IMG/VR virus record: IMGVR_UViG_3300021085_002380
Origin: a virus
Length of the DNA stretch: 64,000 nt
Direction: 5' to 3' (one strand)
Shown here: positions 35,939-45,043 of the stretch, in pieces
Layout: each line of letters begins with the position of its first letter
How positions within the stretch are numbered: the stretch's first letter is position 1
Notes under the pieces: model-generated
Seen by the model: the letters and a program-made list of their open reading frames with translations, nothing else
The model's database searches: none
What the model was told of the DNA's origin: nothing
Program-made: the position numbers and the translations under genes

Positions 35939-36895
35939 ATGGCACATGAATTGGAAATGATTAACGGCGAAGCTCAAATGGCATACCGTGAAAGCAAAGG
36001 CCTCCCTTGGCATGGTCTAGGAGTTCCTGTTGGCGACGACATGTCACCGCAGCAAATGATGGAAGCAGCAGGCCTTGATTGGTCAGTTGAAAAAGTCAAC
36101 ACATTCATCAATTATAACGGTGAACAAAAAGAAACTGGCCAACAAGCATTGGTTCGTTCATCAGACGGAAAAATCCTTACGCAAGTTGGCACTGGTTGGA
36201 ACCCAGTACAAAACTCTGAAGCATTTGAGTTTTTCAACGACTTCGTTTCAAATGGCGATATGGCTATGGATACAGCCGGTTCGTTGAAAGATGGCCGTTT
36301 GGTTTGGGCTTTGGCGGATGTCCGCGATGGCTTTGAGCTTTTTGGTGGTGATGCTGTTAAAGGTTACCTTTTGTTTTCTAACCCACACGTTTATGGCAAA
36401 AGCATTGACATCAAGTTCGTAATGGAACGTGTTGTATGCAATAACACATTGGCTGTAGCTCTTAACGAAAAGAACCAACCATCTGTACGTGTAAATCACC
36501 GCTCAGTATTTGACCCTGAAAGCGTTAAAGAAATCCTTGGCTTGTCGCACAATAAAGTTGAAAAGTTCAAAGAAGCTGCGGAGTTTCTTGGTTCTAAAAA
36601 CTATGACAAAGAAGTACTTAACCGCTTTATGGCAAAGATCTTTGGAGAGTCAACTCGTGAAGATCGTGTTTTGTCACGCACAGCTGAACGCGCTGTTGAA
36701 GTTGTTGAAAACCAACCAGGAGATAACTTCCGTCCTGGAACTTGGTGGAACGCATACAACGCAGTTACCTATATGGCTGACCACGAATTAGGTCGTTCTG
36801 CAGATACTCGTATGGCATCCGCTTGGTTTGGAACAAATGCAAAGCGCAAAGTTGACGCGTTGGATCTTGCATTGGAGATGGCTAATGCGTCGTAA
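35939..36895 (+). CDS. DUF932/DUF945 family protein
   Basis: PWHGLG, AGLDW.V, VQN.EAF, TAGSL..GR, RVVCNNTL and GT.W.AYNAVT...DH. Confidence 0.85.
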   Translation: MAHELEMINGEAQMAYRESKGLPWHGLGVPVGDDMSPQQMMEAAGLDWSVEKVNTFINYNGEQKETGQQALVRSSDGKILTQVGTGWNPVQNSEAFEFFNDFVSNGDMAMDTAGSLKDGRLVWALADVRDGFELFGGDAVKGYLLFSNPHVYGKSIDIKFVMERVVCNNTLAVALNEKNQPSVRVNHRSVFDPESVKEILGLSHNKVEKFKEAAEFLGSKNYDKEVLNRFMAKIFGESTREDRVLSRTAERAVEVVENQPGDNFRPGTWWNAYNAVTYMADHELGRSADTRMASAWFGTNAKRKVDALDLALEMANAS

Positions 36896-36998
36896 ATTAA
36901 AAAACCTAAAACCAATTGAAGTAGTCCTTTATGGACTATTTCTAGGTTTAATTTGCATATGGGTTGACATGAATTTTATTCCAGGAGGTATGTATTAA
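36885..36998 (+). CDS. Small membrane peptide (37 aa, not in ORF track)
   Basis: GGAG RBS; MRRKLKNLKPIEVVLYGLFLGLICIWVDM...; ends 1 nt before the next ATG. Confidence 0.45.
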   Translation: MRRKLKNLKPIEVVLYGLFLGLICIWVDMNFIPGGMY

Positions 36999-37364
36999 AT
37001 GCTTACTATTTACGGAATTGTTTTAACTCATATCGTAGGTGGAGCTAGTTATCATTACACAGGTGGTAACGAATACTTTTTAATTCCAGGAGTATTGCTA
37101 ATTCTTTATAACATGTATAATTATACAAAAGTTTCCGTGCTAGTACTAAGTCCGCATTGGAACATTGAGTTGGAATATGATGAAGATTCAACGTGGAAAG
37201 AAAAGTTCCTGGTTCAAAGCTCATCTATAATTACTCTTGCGTATATCTACCAATCAGGCTATATGTTTGCTGCAGGGTTAATGTCTTTTTATGCAATTGT
37301 TGTTCTACTTTCGTTAATTATTACTGTGGCAAATATTGACATGTCTGAAGGAGGAGATGAATGA
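36999..37364 (+). CDS. Membrane protein
   Basis: About four hydrophobic segments; AGGAGG RBS. Confidence 0.6.
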   Translation: MLTIYGIVLTHIVGGASYHYTGGNEYFLIPGVLLILYNMYNYTKVSVLVLSPHWNIELEYDEDSTWKEKFLVQSSSIITLAYIYQSGYMFAAGLMSFYAIVVLLSLIITVANIDMSEGGDE

Positions 37365-37789
37365 AAATACTAATCTTTGGTCTGCCAGGATCAGGTAAAA
37401 CTTGGCTCGCTGAACGGCTACAACAACGCTTAAATTGCGCTTGGTTTAATGCTGATAAAATCCGTGAAATGGCAAACGACTGGGAATTCAGTGAAGCTGC
37501 TCGTTTACGTCAAGCTTATCGTATGAAAGGTATTGCTGATTACGAAAAAGAAATGAGACGAATGGTTATCTGCGATTTCGTTTGTCCGCTTGAGGAAACA
37601 CGAGAAATTTTTAATGCTGATTACACTGTATGGATGGATACTATCCAAGAAGGTCGTTTTGGCGATACTAATAAAATGTTCCAAAAACCTTCAAAAGTTA
37701 ATTACCATGTAACTGAATGGTTTGATAATACAGATGAAACTTTAGCCGATGCAGTTGAAAGACATATAAGGATTTACGAAAATGTTTGA
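37361..37789 (+). CDS. cysC: Adenylylsulfate kinase-like P-loop kinase
   Basis: GLPGSGKT, FNADKIR, FSEAARLRQ and CDFVCP. Confidence 0.65.
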   Translation: MKILIFGLPGSGKTWLAERLQQRLNCAWFNADKIREMANDWEFSEAARLRQAYRMKGIADYEKEMRRMVICDFVCPLEETREIFNADYTVWMDTIQEGRFGDTNKMFQKPSKVNYHVTEWFDNTDETLADAVERHIRIYENV

Positions 37790-38189
37790 CTATAAGAAAC
37801 CGACAGTACAAATGCTAGGCCGATGGCAACCTTGGCACGATGGTCATACTGAGTTATTTAAACGTGCACATGCAGTTACAGGTCAGGTTGTTATTATGAT
37901 CCGTGATGTATATAACTTTGACGGCGATGCAGGTGCTGGTCGTACTGTGGCACAAGACGATAATCCTTTTGGTATTATTGATGTAATCGCAAATATTGAA
38001 AAAGGATTGGCTGAACATGGTTTTCAAAATGGATATGAATATCTAATTCTAGAAGTACCTAATATTGTTGATATTAGTTATGGGCGCGGAGTAGGTTATA
38101 CCTTTACAGAACACGATCTAGGTAAAGATATCCATGATATCAGCGCAACTAAAATTCGCAAACAAATGCGTGAAGAAGGTAAACTATAA
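37782..38189 (+). CDS. HxGH nucleotidyltransferase-like protein
   Basis: GRWQPWHDGH, DNPF, VPNI..I.YGR.VGY and ISATKIR. Confidence 0.7.
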   Translation: MFDYKKPTVQMLGRWQPWHDGHTELFKRAHAVTGQVVIMIRDVYNFDGDAGAGRTVAQDDNPFGIIDVIANIEKGLAEHGFQNGYEYLILEVPNIVDISYGRGVGYTFTEHDLGKDIHDISATKIRKQMREEGKL

Positions 38190-38281
38190 TGGAAGCACCA
38201 GTTTATGAAAAAGGCTACCCAAGCTATGAAGCCGTTAACGGCATGGGAGATTTGAAATTTACAACAGCAGGAGATTATTTA

Positions 38282-38527
38282 ATGGCACAAGATACAGCAA
38301 CAGTAACCGCAGACGAACTACGTGCATTCATTGAACGCATTGAGCGTTTGGAACAAGAGAAAAAAGATATCATGGACTCTATTAAGGAAGTTTATGCCGA
38401 AGCAAAAGGCGGAGGATATGACGCAAAGGTAATGCGTAAAATTGTTTCAATTCGTAAACGTAATCGTGATGATATTGATAATGAAAACGCGATGACTGAA
38501 ATGTATATGGACGCCTTAGGAATGTAA
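38282..38527 (+). CDS. gapR: GapR/DUF2312 DNA-binding protein
   Basis: ADELRAFIERIERLEQEKKDI...IKEVYAEAKG.GYD.KVMRKIV..RK...Y..ALGM; AGGAG RBS before ATG 38282. Confidence 0.88.
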   Translation: MAQDTATVTADELRAFIERIERLEQEKKDIMDSIKEVYAEAKGGGYDAKVMRKIVSIRKRNRDDIDNENAMTEMYMDALGM

Positions 38528-38559
38528 ATTCTGTCTCAATTAACATTACATATTTAAAC

Positions 38560-38587
38560 AAAAAAAGGGGAGCAATTAAGCTCCCCT
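38560..38587 (-). terminator. Rho-independent terminator of the capsid operon, at the convergence point
   Basis: AGGGGAGC-AATTAA-GCTCCCCT perfect stem with an A-run (U-run on the - strand). Confidence 0.85.
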
Positions 38588-38616
38588 AGTTTGTATCGTT
38601 AACCGATATCTTGTTA

Positions 38617-39924
38617 TTAGAACAAGTTAGATACAGTCACACGACGGTAGTAAACGTTAGAGTCTACAGTCAATGCGCCGTTTCCTTGTGAAGCACCAGC
38701 TGAGAACGGGTTAGAGACCATGCCGTAGCGAGTCTTAAATCCGATTTTTGGCTGGAAGCTGTTTTCACCAACTGCGCGAACCATCTGCAATGGTACGTAT
38801 GGGCAATAGAAGATACCAGCATCAAAAGATGAAGAACCTTTATAACCTACAACCATGTAGTTAGCTCCGGCATATGGATCGATGTATACTCTGTAACGAC
38901 CGTTCAGAACACCGGCGAATGTATTGCCTGTATCGTCTACGTCGAGGGCGTTGCTGTTCAACGCTGGAGTATAATCAAGAACACCTGCCATTTGCAATGC
39001 GGATGCAACATCGGAGGAACAGATAACCATGTTACCTTTACCACGACGTGTACCTTTTGCAATTGCGTTTGCTTCTTGTTCGATTTGGAACATCAGGCCT
39101 TTGAATTTCTCAACTGACCAACGACCATTTGCATCAACGTCCAGATCAAAAGTACCTGGTGTTGCTGTACCGGCTGCGCCGAGTACCGCGTTTGTGTAAA
39201 TGGTACGAACCAATTCGCGGTTGATTTCAACCAAGATTTCTGATTGCAGAATGTTTGCCAATTCTGTTTCAGCATCCAAACCGTGTACGGCTTTAAGATC
39301 CTGAGCAAGCTCAGCAGTGTATTCGGCTTTCAGCTGACGAGATTTCGCTGTTACGGAAACTTTCTCGATTGAGAATGCCATCTCAGCAAAGTTAGCATCT
39401 GATTCAGCATCGGCTGTTGCCATGCCTGTACCAGTTGTAGTAACTGTTGAGTTAGCAGAACCCAATGCTTGTGCATGAGTACCTGTACCAGAGAAGTCTG
39501 TATCGGCTTCGTTATAGAATACTTCGTTAGCCGCAGCTTGCGTAGTATGTGTTGAACGCATTGCGAAGATCAAGCCTGTTGGGCCAGTCATCGGCTGAAC
39601 ACCAGCGATGTCATATGCGATCAAGTTTGGCATTGCACGACGTACCAATGAAATTAGGATTGGGTCGTAACCTGCAGTTGGACCGGTTGCAGTTGAGTCT
39701 GCGCCGAAGCCACCTGTGCCTGCGTCGTTTACATGAGTTGCTTCAGACAAAAGCGATGTCATGTTTGCACTAAGATCACCTTCAGATACTAGAGCTTTTT
39801 GAGTATTCTCTAGAACAGTTGCAGTGACCGATTTACGGTGCTGATCTTTAATGTTTGTAAAAGAGTCGTGCTCCAGAACTGGGCCCCACTTTTCTACAAG
39901 CGCTTGATAGTTTGACTGAGTCAT
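38617..39924 (-). CDS. gp23: Major capsid protein
   Basis: LISLVRRAMPNLIAYDIAGVQPMTGPTGLIFAMR, KAEYT.ELAQDLKAVHGLDAE and FQPKIGFKTRYG. Confidence 0.98.
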   Translation of the reverse strand: MTQSNYQALVEKWGPVLEHDSFTNIKDQHRKSVTATVLENTQKALVSEGDLSANMTSLLSEATHVNDAGTGGFGADSTATGPTAGYDPILISLVRRAMPNLIAYDIAGVQPMTGPTGLIFAMRSTHTTQAAANEVFYNEADTDFSGTGTHAQALGSANSTVTTTGTGMATADAESDANFAEMAFSIEKVSVTAKSRQLKAEYTAELAQDLKAVHGLDAETELANILQSEILVEINRELVRTIYTNAVLGAAGTATPGTFDLDVDANGRWSVEKFKGLMFQIEQEANAIAKGTRRGKGNMVICSSDVASALQMAGVLDYTPALNSNALDVDDTGNTFAGVLNGRYRVYIDPYAGANYMVVGYKGSSSFDAGIFYCPYVPLQMVRAVGENSFQPKIGFKTRYGMVSNPFSAGASQGNGALTVDSNVYYRRVTVSNLF

Positions 39925-39964
39925 ATCTTTCTATCTCCTTGTTTATTGTTTGTTCGTCTAGGAT

Positions 39965-39972
39965 TATTTATA
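39965..39972 (-). promoter_or_regulatory. Late promoter for gp23
   Basis: TATAAATA on the - strand. Confidence 0.8.
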
Positions 39973-39989
39973 AAGTTAAGGTTTTCAAA

Positions 39990-40970
39990 TTATTTCTTCG
40001 CAAAAGCTGCGAGAAGAGCATTGATTGACGGATCTTCAGAAGCTGGTTTAGCAACAACTGTTTCCTCAGTCAAGATTTCTTCTTCGTCGTCTTGAGCTTC
40101 CTCTGCAACAACCGGTTTGGTATCTGCAAAGAATGATTCTTTAAGAGTATTTAGATTAGCTGTATACTCATCAACGTTTTCGAAGTCAAGCTTTTCGGAA
40201 AGTACTTTCAGACGCTCGGCTTGAGTCAGCGTAAGTCCTTCAGTCATTTCGTTAAAAACTTTCTCTGCCTTAAGGCCCGAGATTTCTTTTGCAAGCGCGA
40301 GATTTTCATCGATGCGTTTGTTTGCGTCGTCGGTCATTACTTCAACTTTCTCTTCAAGTCCTGCAACCACATCAACAACTTCGTCGTCTACTGTAATGTT
40401 GTGCTCAGTGAAAAGATCCTTAAGGCCGTCCATTAACGATTCTGCCATATCAACCTTGATACCGGATTCGATGGCAAGTTCGTTTTCTTTCATCCACTCT
40501 TCTACAACGTAGTCGAGATATGAATCAAGATTCTCAATAATAGTGCTTACAGTTGAGTCGACTGATTCTTGCATTTCTGCGTCAACTTTAGCTGCATATT
40601 CTTCTGTCATAGCTTCAGCTTTTTTCGTGGCCGATTCATTAACAGCTGCTTCAAAAACTAGAGTAACTTTATTTGTGAACTCTTCAGAAAGGTCCATGCC
40701 TTCAAACATTTTTGCAATTGATTCGTCGATAGAAATTACTTCTTCTTCAACGATTTCAACAGCATCAGCATCGGCCGCTTCTTCTTCGTTCATTCCTGGT
40801 GTTGGTGTGTCAAGTTTGCCAGCTTTTGGATCAGCCGCCTTTTTGACATCTGCTTTTTTCTTTTTAGTTGCGCCGCCGGCTGGTGCTGCTGGATCTTCTA
40901 CTGAAGATGCAGGAACAGTCGAACCGCCGTCGTCAACAGTGAACTTTTCGTCTAGGTCATGTTCTGACAT
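39990..40970 (-). CDS. gp22: Prohead core scaffold protein
   Basis: LSEEF..K...FEAAV and LDSYLDYVVEEWMKENELAIESG; canonical position. Confidence 0.93.
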   Translation of the reverse strand: MSEHDLDEKFTVDDGGSTVPASSVEDPAAPAGGATKKKKADVKKAADPKAGKLDTPTPGMNEEEAADADAVEIVEEEVISIDESIAKMFEGMDLSEEFTNKVTLVFEAAVNESATKKAEAMTEEYAAKVDAEMQESVDSTVSTIIENLDSYLDYVVEEWMKENELAIESGIKVDMAESLMDGLKDLFTEHNITVDDEVVDVVAGLEEKVEVMTDDANKRIDENLALAKEISGLKAEKVFNEMTEGLTLTQAERLKVLSEKLDFENVDEYTANLNTLKESFFADTKPVVAEEAQDDEEEILTEETVVAKPASEDPSINALLAAFAKK

Positions 40971-41013
40971 ATGTACTACTCCTCTATTATGGATTCGTTC
41001 TTCTTGGTAATCA

Positions 41014-41021
41014 TATTTATA
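41014..41021 (-). promoter_or_regulatory. Late promoter for gp22
   Basis: TATAAATA on the - strand. Confidence 0.75.
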
Positions 41022-41027
41022 TTAATT

Positions 41028-41726
41028 TTATTTTCTCAGCGATGATAGGAACTTTTCAAACATTCTACCTGCCAAATTTTCATCAATTTGACGAACAGTA
41101 CGTTTATAAGCTACCTTTACTTCTTTTTGGATTTCTTCAATTACTTCTTCAACCTCGGCTTGAGCTGCTGCTGGCAACCAAGAATTAGAAGCAATATCAT
41201 AGTAGTATTCGACGTTTTCCATTACGCCGTTTACAAAACAATTAGGACCAGAAGGATCTGTTACAATATCAACAGTCGACAAATGGAAATCGTTTTGTAC
41301 TTCCATGATGCCTTCTTTAGTTGGTTTAACAGAACCAAGGCCGCGTGTCGAAACTCCAAAAAGCACGCCTTCGTCCATAAATGTTTTAACAATCTCACCC
41401 ATTGGCGTACTAAGAATTTTAGCTTTACCAATAAAGTTTGATCCGTCTCTTTTCATTTCGGTGATAAGGTGTGATACTCTATCTCCGTTAATGGTTGGTC
41501 CTTCAGGATGTCCTAATTCGCCTAGAGCACGTTTCGTATCAATAAAATCTTTCTGATAACGAACCATTTCTTTTTCAAGAACTGCAGAAGGATATATTCT
41601 ACCATTACGATTTTTAAGGTCGCCTTGCATAAAAATGCCTTCAATGAAGTGTGACTTTTTACCAGTCTCTTCATTGATTTCTGTGGTTAAACTAACCTCT
41701 TCTACTACTTCAGTAATCAGTTTCAT
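41028..41726 (-). CDS. gp21: Prohead protease
   Basis: IEGIFMQ...NRNGRIYP, ALGELGHP, GVSTRGLGS and DIVTDPS. Confidence 0.96.
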   Translation of the reverse strand: MKLITEVVEEVSLTTEINEETGKKSHFIEGIFMQGDLKNRNGRIYPSAVLEKEMVRYQKDFIDTKRALGELGHPEGPTINGDRVSHLITEMKRDGSNFIGKAKILSTPMGEIVKTFMDEGVLFGVSTRGLGSVKPTKEGIMEVQNDFHLSTVDIVTDPSGPNCFVNGVMENVEYYYDIASNSWLPAAAQAEVEEVIEEIQKEVKVAYKRTVRQIDENLAGRMFEKFLSSLRK

Positions 41727-41751
41727 TTTATTATTCCTTTTGAATTATGTT

Positions 41752-41759
41752 TATTTATA
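41752..41759 (-). promoter_or_regulatory. Late promoter for gp21
   Basis: TATAAATA on the - strand. Confidence 0.75.
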
Positions 41760-41767
41760 ACTTTATA

Positions 41768-42013
41768 CTAAGGTATACCATTAGCATTTTTATTGTCATA
41801 AAAGTTTTTATTCAATTCGCCTCGTATAATTGTTTCGCCTGCTTTCCTACATTTGATATACGTATATTGCGCATTACCACCTGGAGGAGTGTAGGCACGA
41901 ACGCCTGCTGTGACGGTCCCGTTAGCATCATTATATGTGTCGGAGTCCGCAGCCGTGGCAGCATTATCATACTCCCAAATACTATTTGAGCCTAGGACCG
42001 TCACAAAAGCCAT
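41768..42013 (-). CDS. Hypothetical virion-associated protein
   Basis: TAATG overlap with the upstream gene; within the head operon. Confidence 0.55.
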   Translation of the reverse strand: MAFVTVLGSNSIWEYDNAATAADSDTYNDANGTVTAGVRAYTPPGGNAQYTYIKCRKAGETIIRGELNKNFYDNKNANGIP

Positions 42014-42894
42014 TACATGGCTTCCCTCGCAAATCCAACGATTTCGTTAAATCCGCTTTTATCTGTCATCATAACTTTTTCCATTTGTTTACGGTTTTGA
42101 CTATTCAATCCTTTAAACATTTGGTTCAAAAGTTTTGCATCTTCTTTTGTAACCTTCATTGAAGATCCATCTTTTAATTTCATATTGCCTACTTTAACTG
42201 CTTCGTCAATATGTTCTTTCTTTTCCCAAGGAGCTTTTTTCAACGATACGGCTTCTTTACCTTTTTTCGTTGTTGCGGCAGTCTTGGCTAATTTTTTCAT
42301 TAGATCGGCTTTTTTGTTTTCAGCCATCTTTTCTTGACCGTGGTCATCAACTTTAACGTCTTTTGCTCTTTTCAATACAGTACGAACTTTACCGTCCGGT
42401 CCTGTAATGTTCATAGGCTTTTTTATTGCTGACTGAGTAACCTCGTTAACGGATTCTTTCCTGTGAGCATCTTTATATAAACCTACGGCTTGAGCAATAT
42501 TTTTATTTTTCATCATGCGCTTTGATTCGCCGGCATCTGGATTATCCATTATCATACGAACTGTAGGCTCATCTACGTTATTCTTTTTGACAAATTTCTT
42601 ATATGCATCAAACTTTTTAGGAATAACAGATCCACCAAATTTATTTCTCATTGGTGTCATACTACGAGAAATCTCATCAATTTGCTCTGAATTTTCTGTA
42701 GTATATGCTTTGTCGTAATTAGCGTCGCCTTCTTGGTCAGCTTTACGTTTTGCCTTTGGCTTCTCAGCTTTATGCTGAGTTGGCTCTGCTACTGGATGAG
42801 GTTTAACCTCAGCATTGTGCAGATCTTTGAACTTCTTTTCCTCTGAGGATTTTGGTTCTGCTACTTCAGCCATATGATTTTTAAAGGACTTCAT
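42013..42894 (-). CDS. Putative prohead core/internal protein with CTS-like start, in the gp67/gp68 position
   Basis: Starts MKSFKNHMAE; internal IDE/I, VNE/V, MAE/N and IDE/A junctions; AATAAATA at 42926-42933. Confidence 0.65.
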   Translation of the reverse strand: MKSFKNHMAEVAEPKSSEEKKFKDLHNAEVKPHPVAEPTQHKAEKPKAKRKADQEGDANYDKAYTTENSEQIDEISRSMTPMRNKFGGSVIPKKFDAYKKFVKKNNVDEPTVRMIMDNPDAGESKRMMKNKNIAQAVGLYKDAHRKESVNEVTQSAIKKPMNITGPDGKVRTVLKRAKDVKVDDHGQEKMAENKKADLMKKLAKTAATTKKGKEAVSLKKAPWEKKEHIDEAVKVGNMKLKDGSSMKVTKEDAKLLNQMFKGLNSQNRKQMEKVMMTDKSGFNEIVGFAREAM

Positions 42895-42932
42895 TGTAGA
42901 TCTCCTGGTTTAATCTCATTTTGTTTATTTAT

Positions 42933-44456
42933 TTAATTCTGCTGTTCTTGGTCATTCGGATCGCCAAATTCTTCTTTTTCAGCTTCCATTTGCGTTTTCA
43001 TTTCCTCGGAGTCGTCTTCACTCAACTGAAGGATATTACGAATAACCCATTCTCTTGAATAATATACTCCGACGTGATCTTCGACGTCACGCAGTGTTGC
43101 CATTCTTTCACGGAGTATTTCTGCTTCTTTTAATTCGTTAAAATAGTTATCTTGCATAAAGTCATAACGAATTGCATTTCTAATTTCTTTAAATTCTTCA
43201 GGTGTCATAATACCTTTAAGAACAACTTGCTTCTCTAAAATTGTTGTAAAGATTGAAGAAAATCTAGATCTTACACGGCGAATAAATTTACTAAACTTTA
43301 GCTCGTCACGAGTAATTTCAGAAGTACGACCAAAGGTTGCCATTGTTTCAGGCTCAAGCCTTGTTAGCGGAACCTTTAACGCTTTAAACAATTTACGCTG
43401 AAAGTATTGCATATTTTCATCAGACGATAGCGCTTGTGAAGAACCACCAACTAATGTATCAACTTCAGTGGATCTTTCACCACCTCGGCGTGGAAACCAA
43501 AAGTCTTCAGTCATAGTCATCATTTTACGGCTATCAGTAATATCGCCGGTTGATGAATTATACTGTAACTTGTTTTTATGGCGAACCATCATATCTCTTA
43601 TATATTGTTCAGCTTTCGACTTAGGTAAGTTCCCAACGTCAATATAAAAAATTCGTCTTTCAGGAGCTCTTGTAAGAGTATAAATAACTGTTGCATCTTC
43701 AAGCATCCTTAATTGATTTAAAGGTTTAATAGCGGGGTGCAAATATGAAAGAACCAAAGAATTGTTTTCGTTCATTAATCCTGAAGTAACACGGGCAACA
43801 GAGTCTTTGGAAATTCTATATCCCTGTGTACCAGTACTTTGGTTGCCACCTGCATTGTCACCAGTAAAACCATTTTCTGAATACATATAATATTCACTTT
43901 TTAGTTTTTTAACTGGGATGCCAGAATGCGGATCTTTTTGTCTTTTATCAACTTCACGTATAAGTTTTAACTTACGCGGATCTACATATCGTAGTTCTCT
44001 GATACCGTCTTTTATGTTTTCGTTGTCAATAATGACATGATAATTTAATCTGCCATCAACGTAAAACTTTTGAAAAATATCGTAAGCTGCATTTGAAAAA
44101 TCTAATAACGATAATACGTTATCAAACTCTTCGCTCAATCTCTTTTTGACTTTGTCAGGAAGATTAGTATCATCGAGCACTAGCTCAACAACTTTATCGT
44201 CAGTTCCTATAGAAATTGCTTCGTTAATAACTTCGTCTACAGCTGATACAATTTCAGGCTGTAGAGCCATGCCACGGTATTTTGTAACTAATTCAGACTC
44301 AGTCTTTGCTGTGCCTTCCATATCGAGAAGAGTCCCGTAGAATCCGCCTTGGGCGTTTCCTACAGTGATTGCGCCGTCTTCATTAGACGGTTCAGCGAAT
44401 GAGACTACTGGAGTCTCATCCTCTTCTCTTTTGATTTCGTAACCGAATATCTTCAA
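42933..44456 (-). CDS. gp20: Portal protein
   Basis: YVDGRL, LRYVDPRK, RAPERRIFYIDVGNLPK and EDFWFPRR. Confidence 0.97.
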   Translation of the reverse strand: MKIFGYEIKREEDETPVVSFAEPSNEDGAITVGNAQGGFYGTLLDMEGTAKTESELVTKYRGMALQPEIVSAVDEVINEAISIGTDDKVVELVLDDTNLPDKVKKRLSEEFDNVLSLLDFSNAAYDIFQKFYVDGRLNYHVIIDNENIKDGIRELRYVDPRKLKLIREVDKRQKDPHSGIPVKKLKSEYYMYSENGFTGDNAGGNQSTGTQGYRISKDSVARVTSGLMNENNSLVLSYLHPAIKPLNQLRMLEDATVIYTLTRAPERRIFYIDVGNLPKSKAEQYIRDMMVRHKNKLQYNSSTGDITDSRKMMTMTEDFWFPRRGGERSTEVDTLVGGSSQALSSDENMQYFQRKLFKALKVPLTRLEPETMATFGRTSEITRDELKFSKFIRRVRSRFSSIFTTILEKQVVLKGIMTPEEFKEIRNAIRYDFMQDNYFNELKEAEILRERMATLRDVEDHVGVYYSREWVIRNILQLSEDDSEEMKTQMEAEKEEFGDPNDQEQQN

Positions 44457-44480
44457 AACTTCATATCCTCATAATAAAAA

Positions 44481-45014
44481 TTAGGTTGTCGGTACGCCGG
44501 TAATTCCTTCAACTCTCCATAAATCATATTGGAACGTGACGCCGAATTCTTCAATAGTGTCCTGCTGAGACCAATCTAAGGCAATACCGTCAATAGTAGT
44601 TGGGAACAATCCTTCGAAAATATATGTACGAAGTGGTGATCCATCTTTACTATATTGAGTAACCGAGGCAGTAGATTTGTACTGCTGTGGTAATCCTCTT
44701 GAGTTGGAGTCGTGGGAATTAATGAAGTTTGACCATGCTTCCATCGCGTTGCGAATAGCAAAGTCTTCATCGTTGATAACAGTGACTGCCCAGTCCGCAA
44801 ACGTTCTATCACCCGCATACTTTACTTCACGTCCGAAGTAAGGTACGACGTACTGACCAACGACTGACTCAGGAATTCCTGCAGAACGAACCATAAATGG
44901 TACTTTAAAATCTGCTCCTGTGTCAATCGGGTTAGTAATTTGAACTTGGAATAGCGTAGGACGTGCACCGCCACCGACGAGTTCTGATTTGAACTGGTTG
45001 ATGTTAAATGCCAT
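44481..45014 (-). CDS. gp19: Tail tube protein
   Basis: GGARPTLF, GR.VKYAGDRTF.DW..TVINDEDF and IEEF.VTF.Y; AATAAATA at 45038-45045. Confidence 0.95.
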   Translation of the reverse strand: MAFNINQFKSELVGGGARPTLFQVQITNPIDTGADFKVPFMVRSAGIPESVVGQYVVPYFGREVKYAGDRTFADWAVTVINDEDFAIRNAMEAWSNFINSHDSNSRGLPQQYKSTASVTQYSKDGSPLRTYIFEGLFPTTIDGIALDWSQQDTIEEFGVTFQYDLWRVEGITGVPTT

Positions 45015-45043
45015 TTCTATTCTCCTTTATTTAAATCTATTTA

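Noticed and set aside
38189-38281. N-terminal extension of GapR given by the ORF track
   Set aside because: A strong RBS precedes ATG 38282, where the family match begins; the longer start is possible but unsupported.
38528-38616. Missing gp24 after gp23
   Set aside because: Common in marine T4-like phages, and the gene could lie outside the window.
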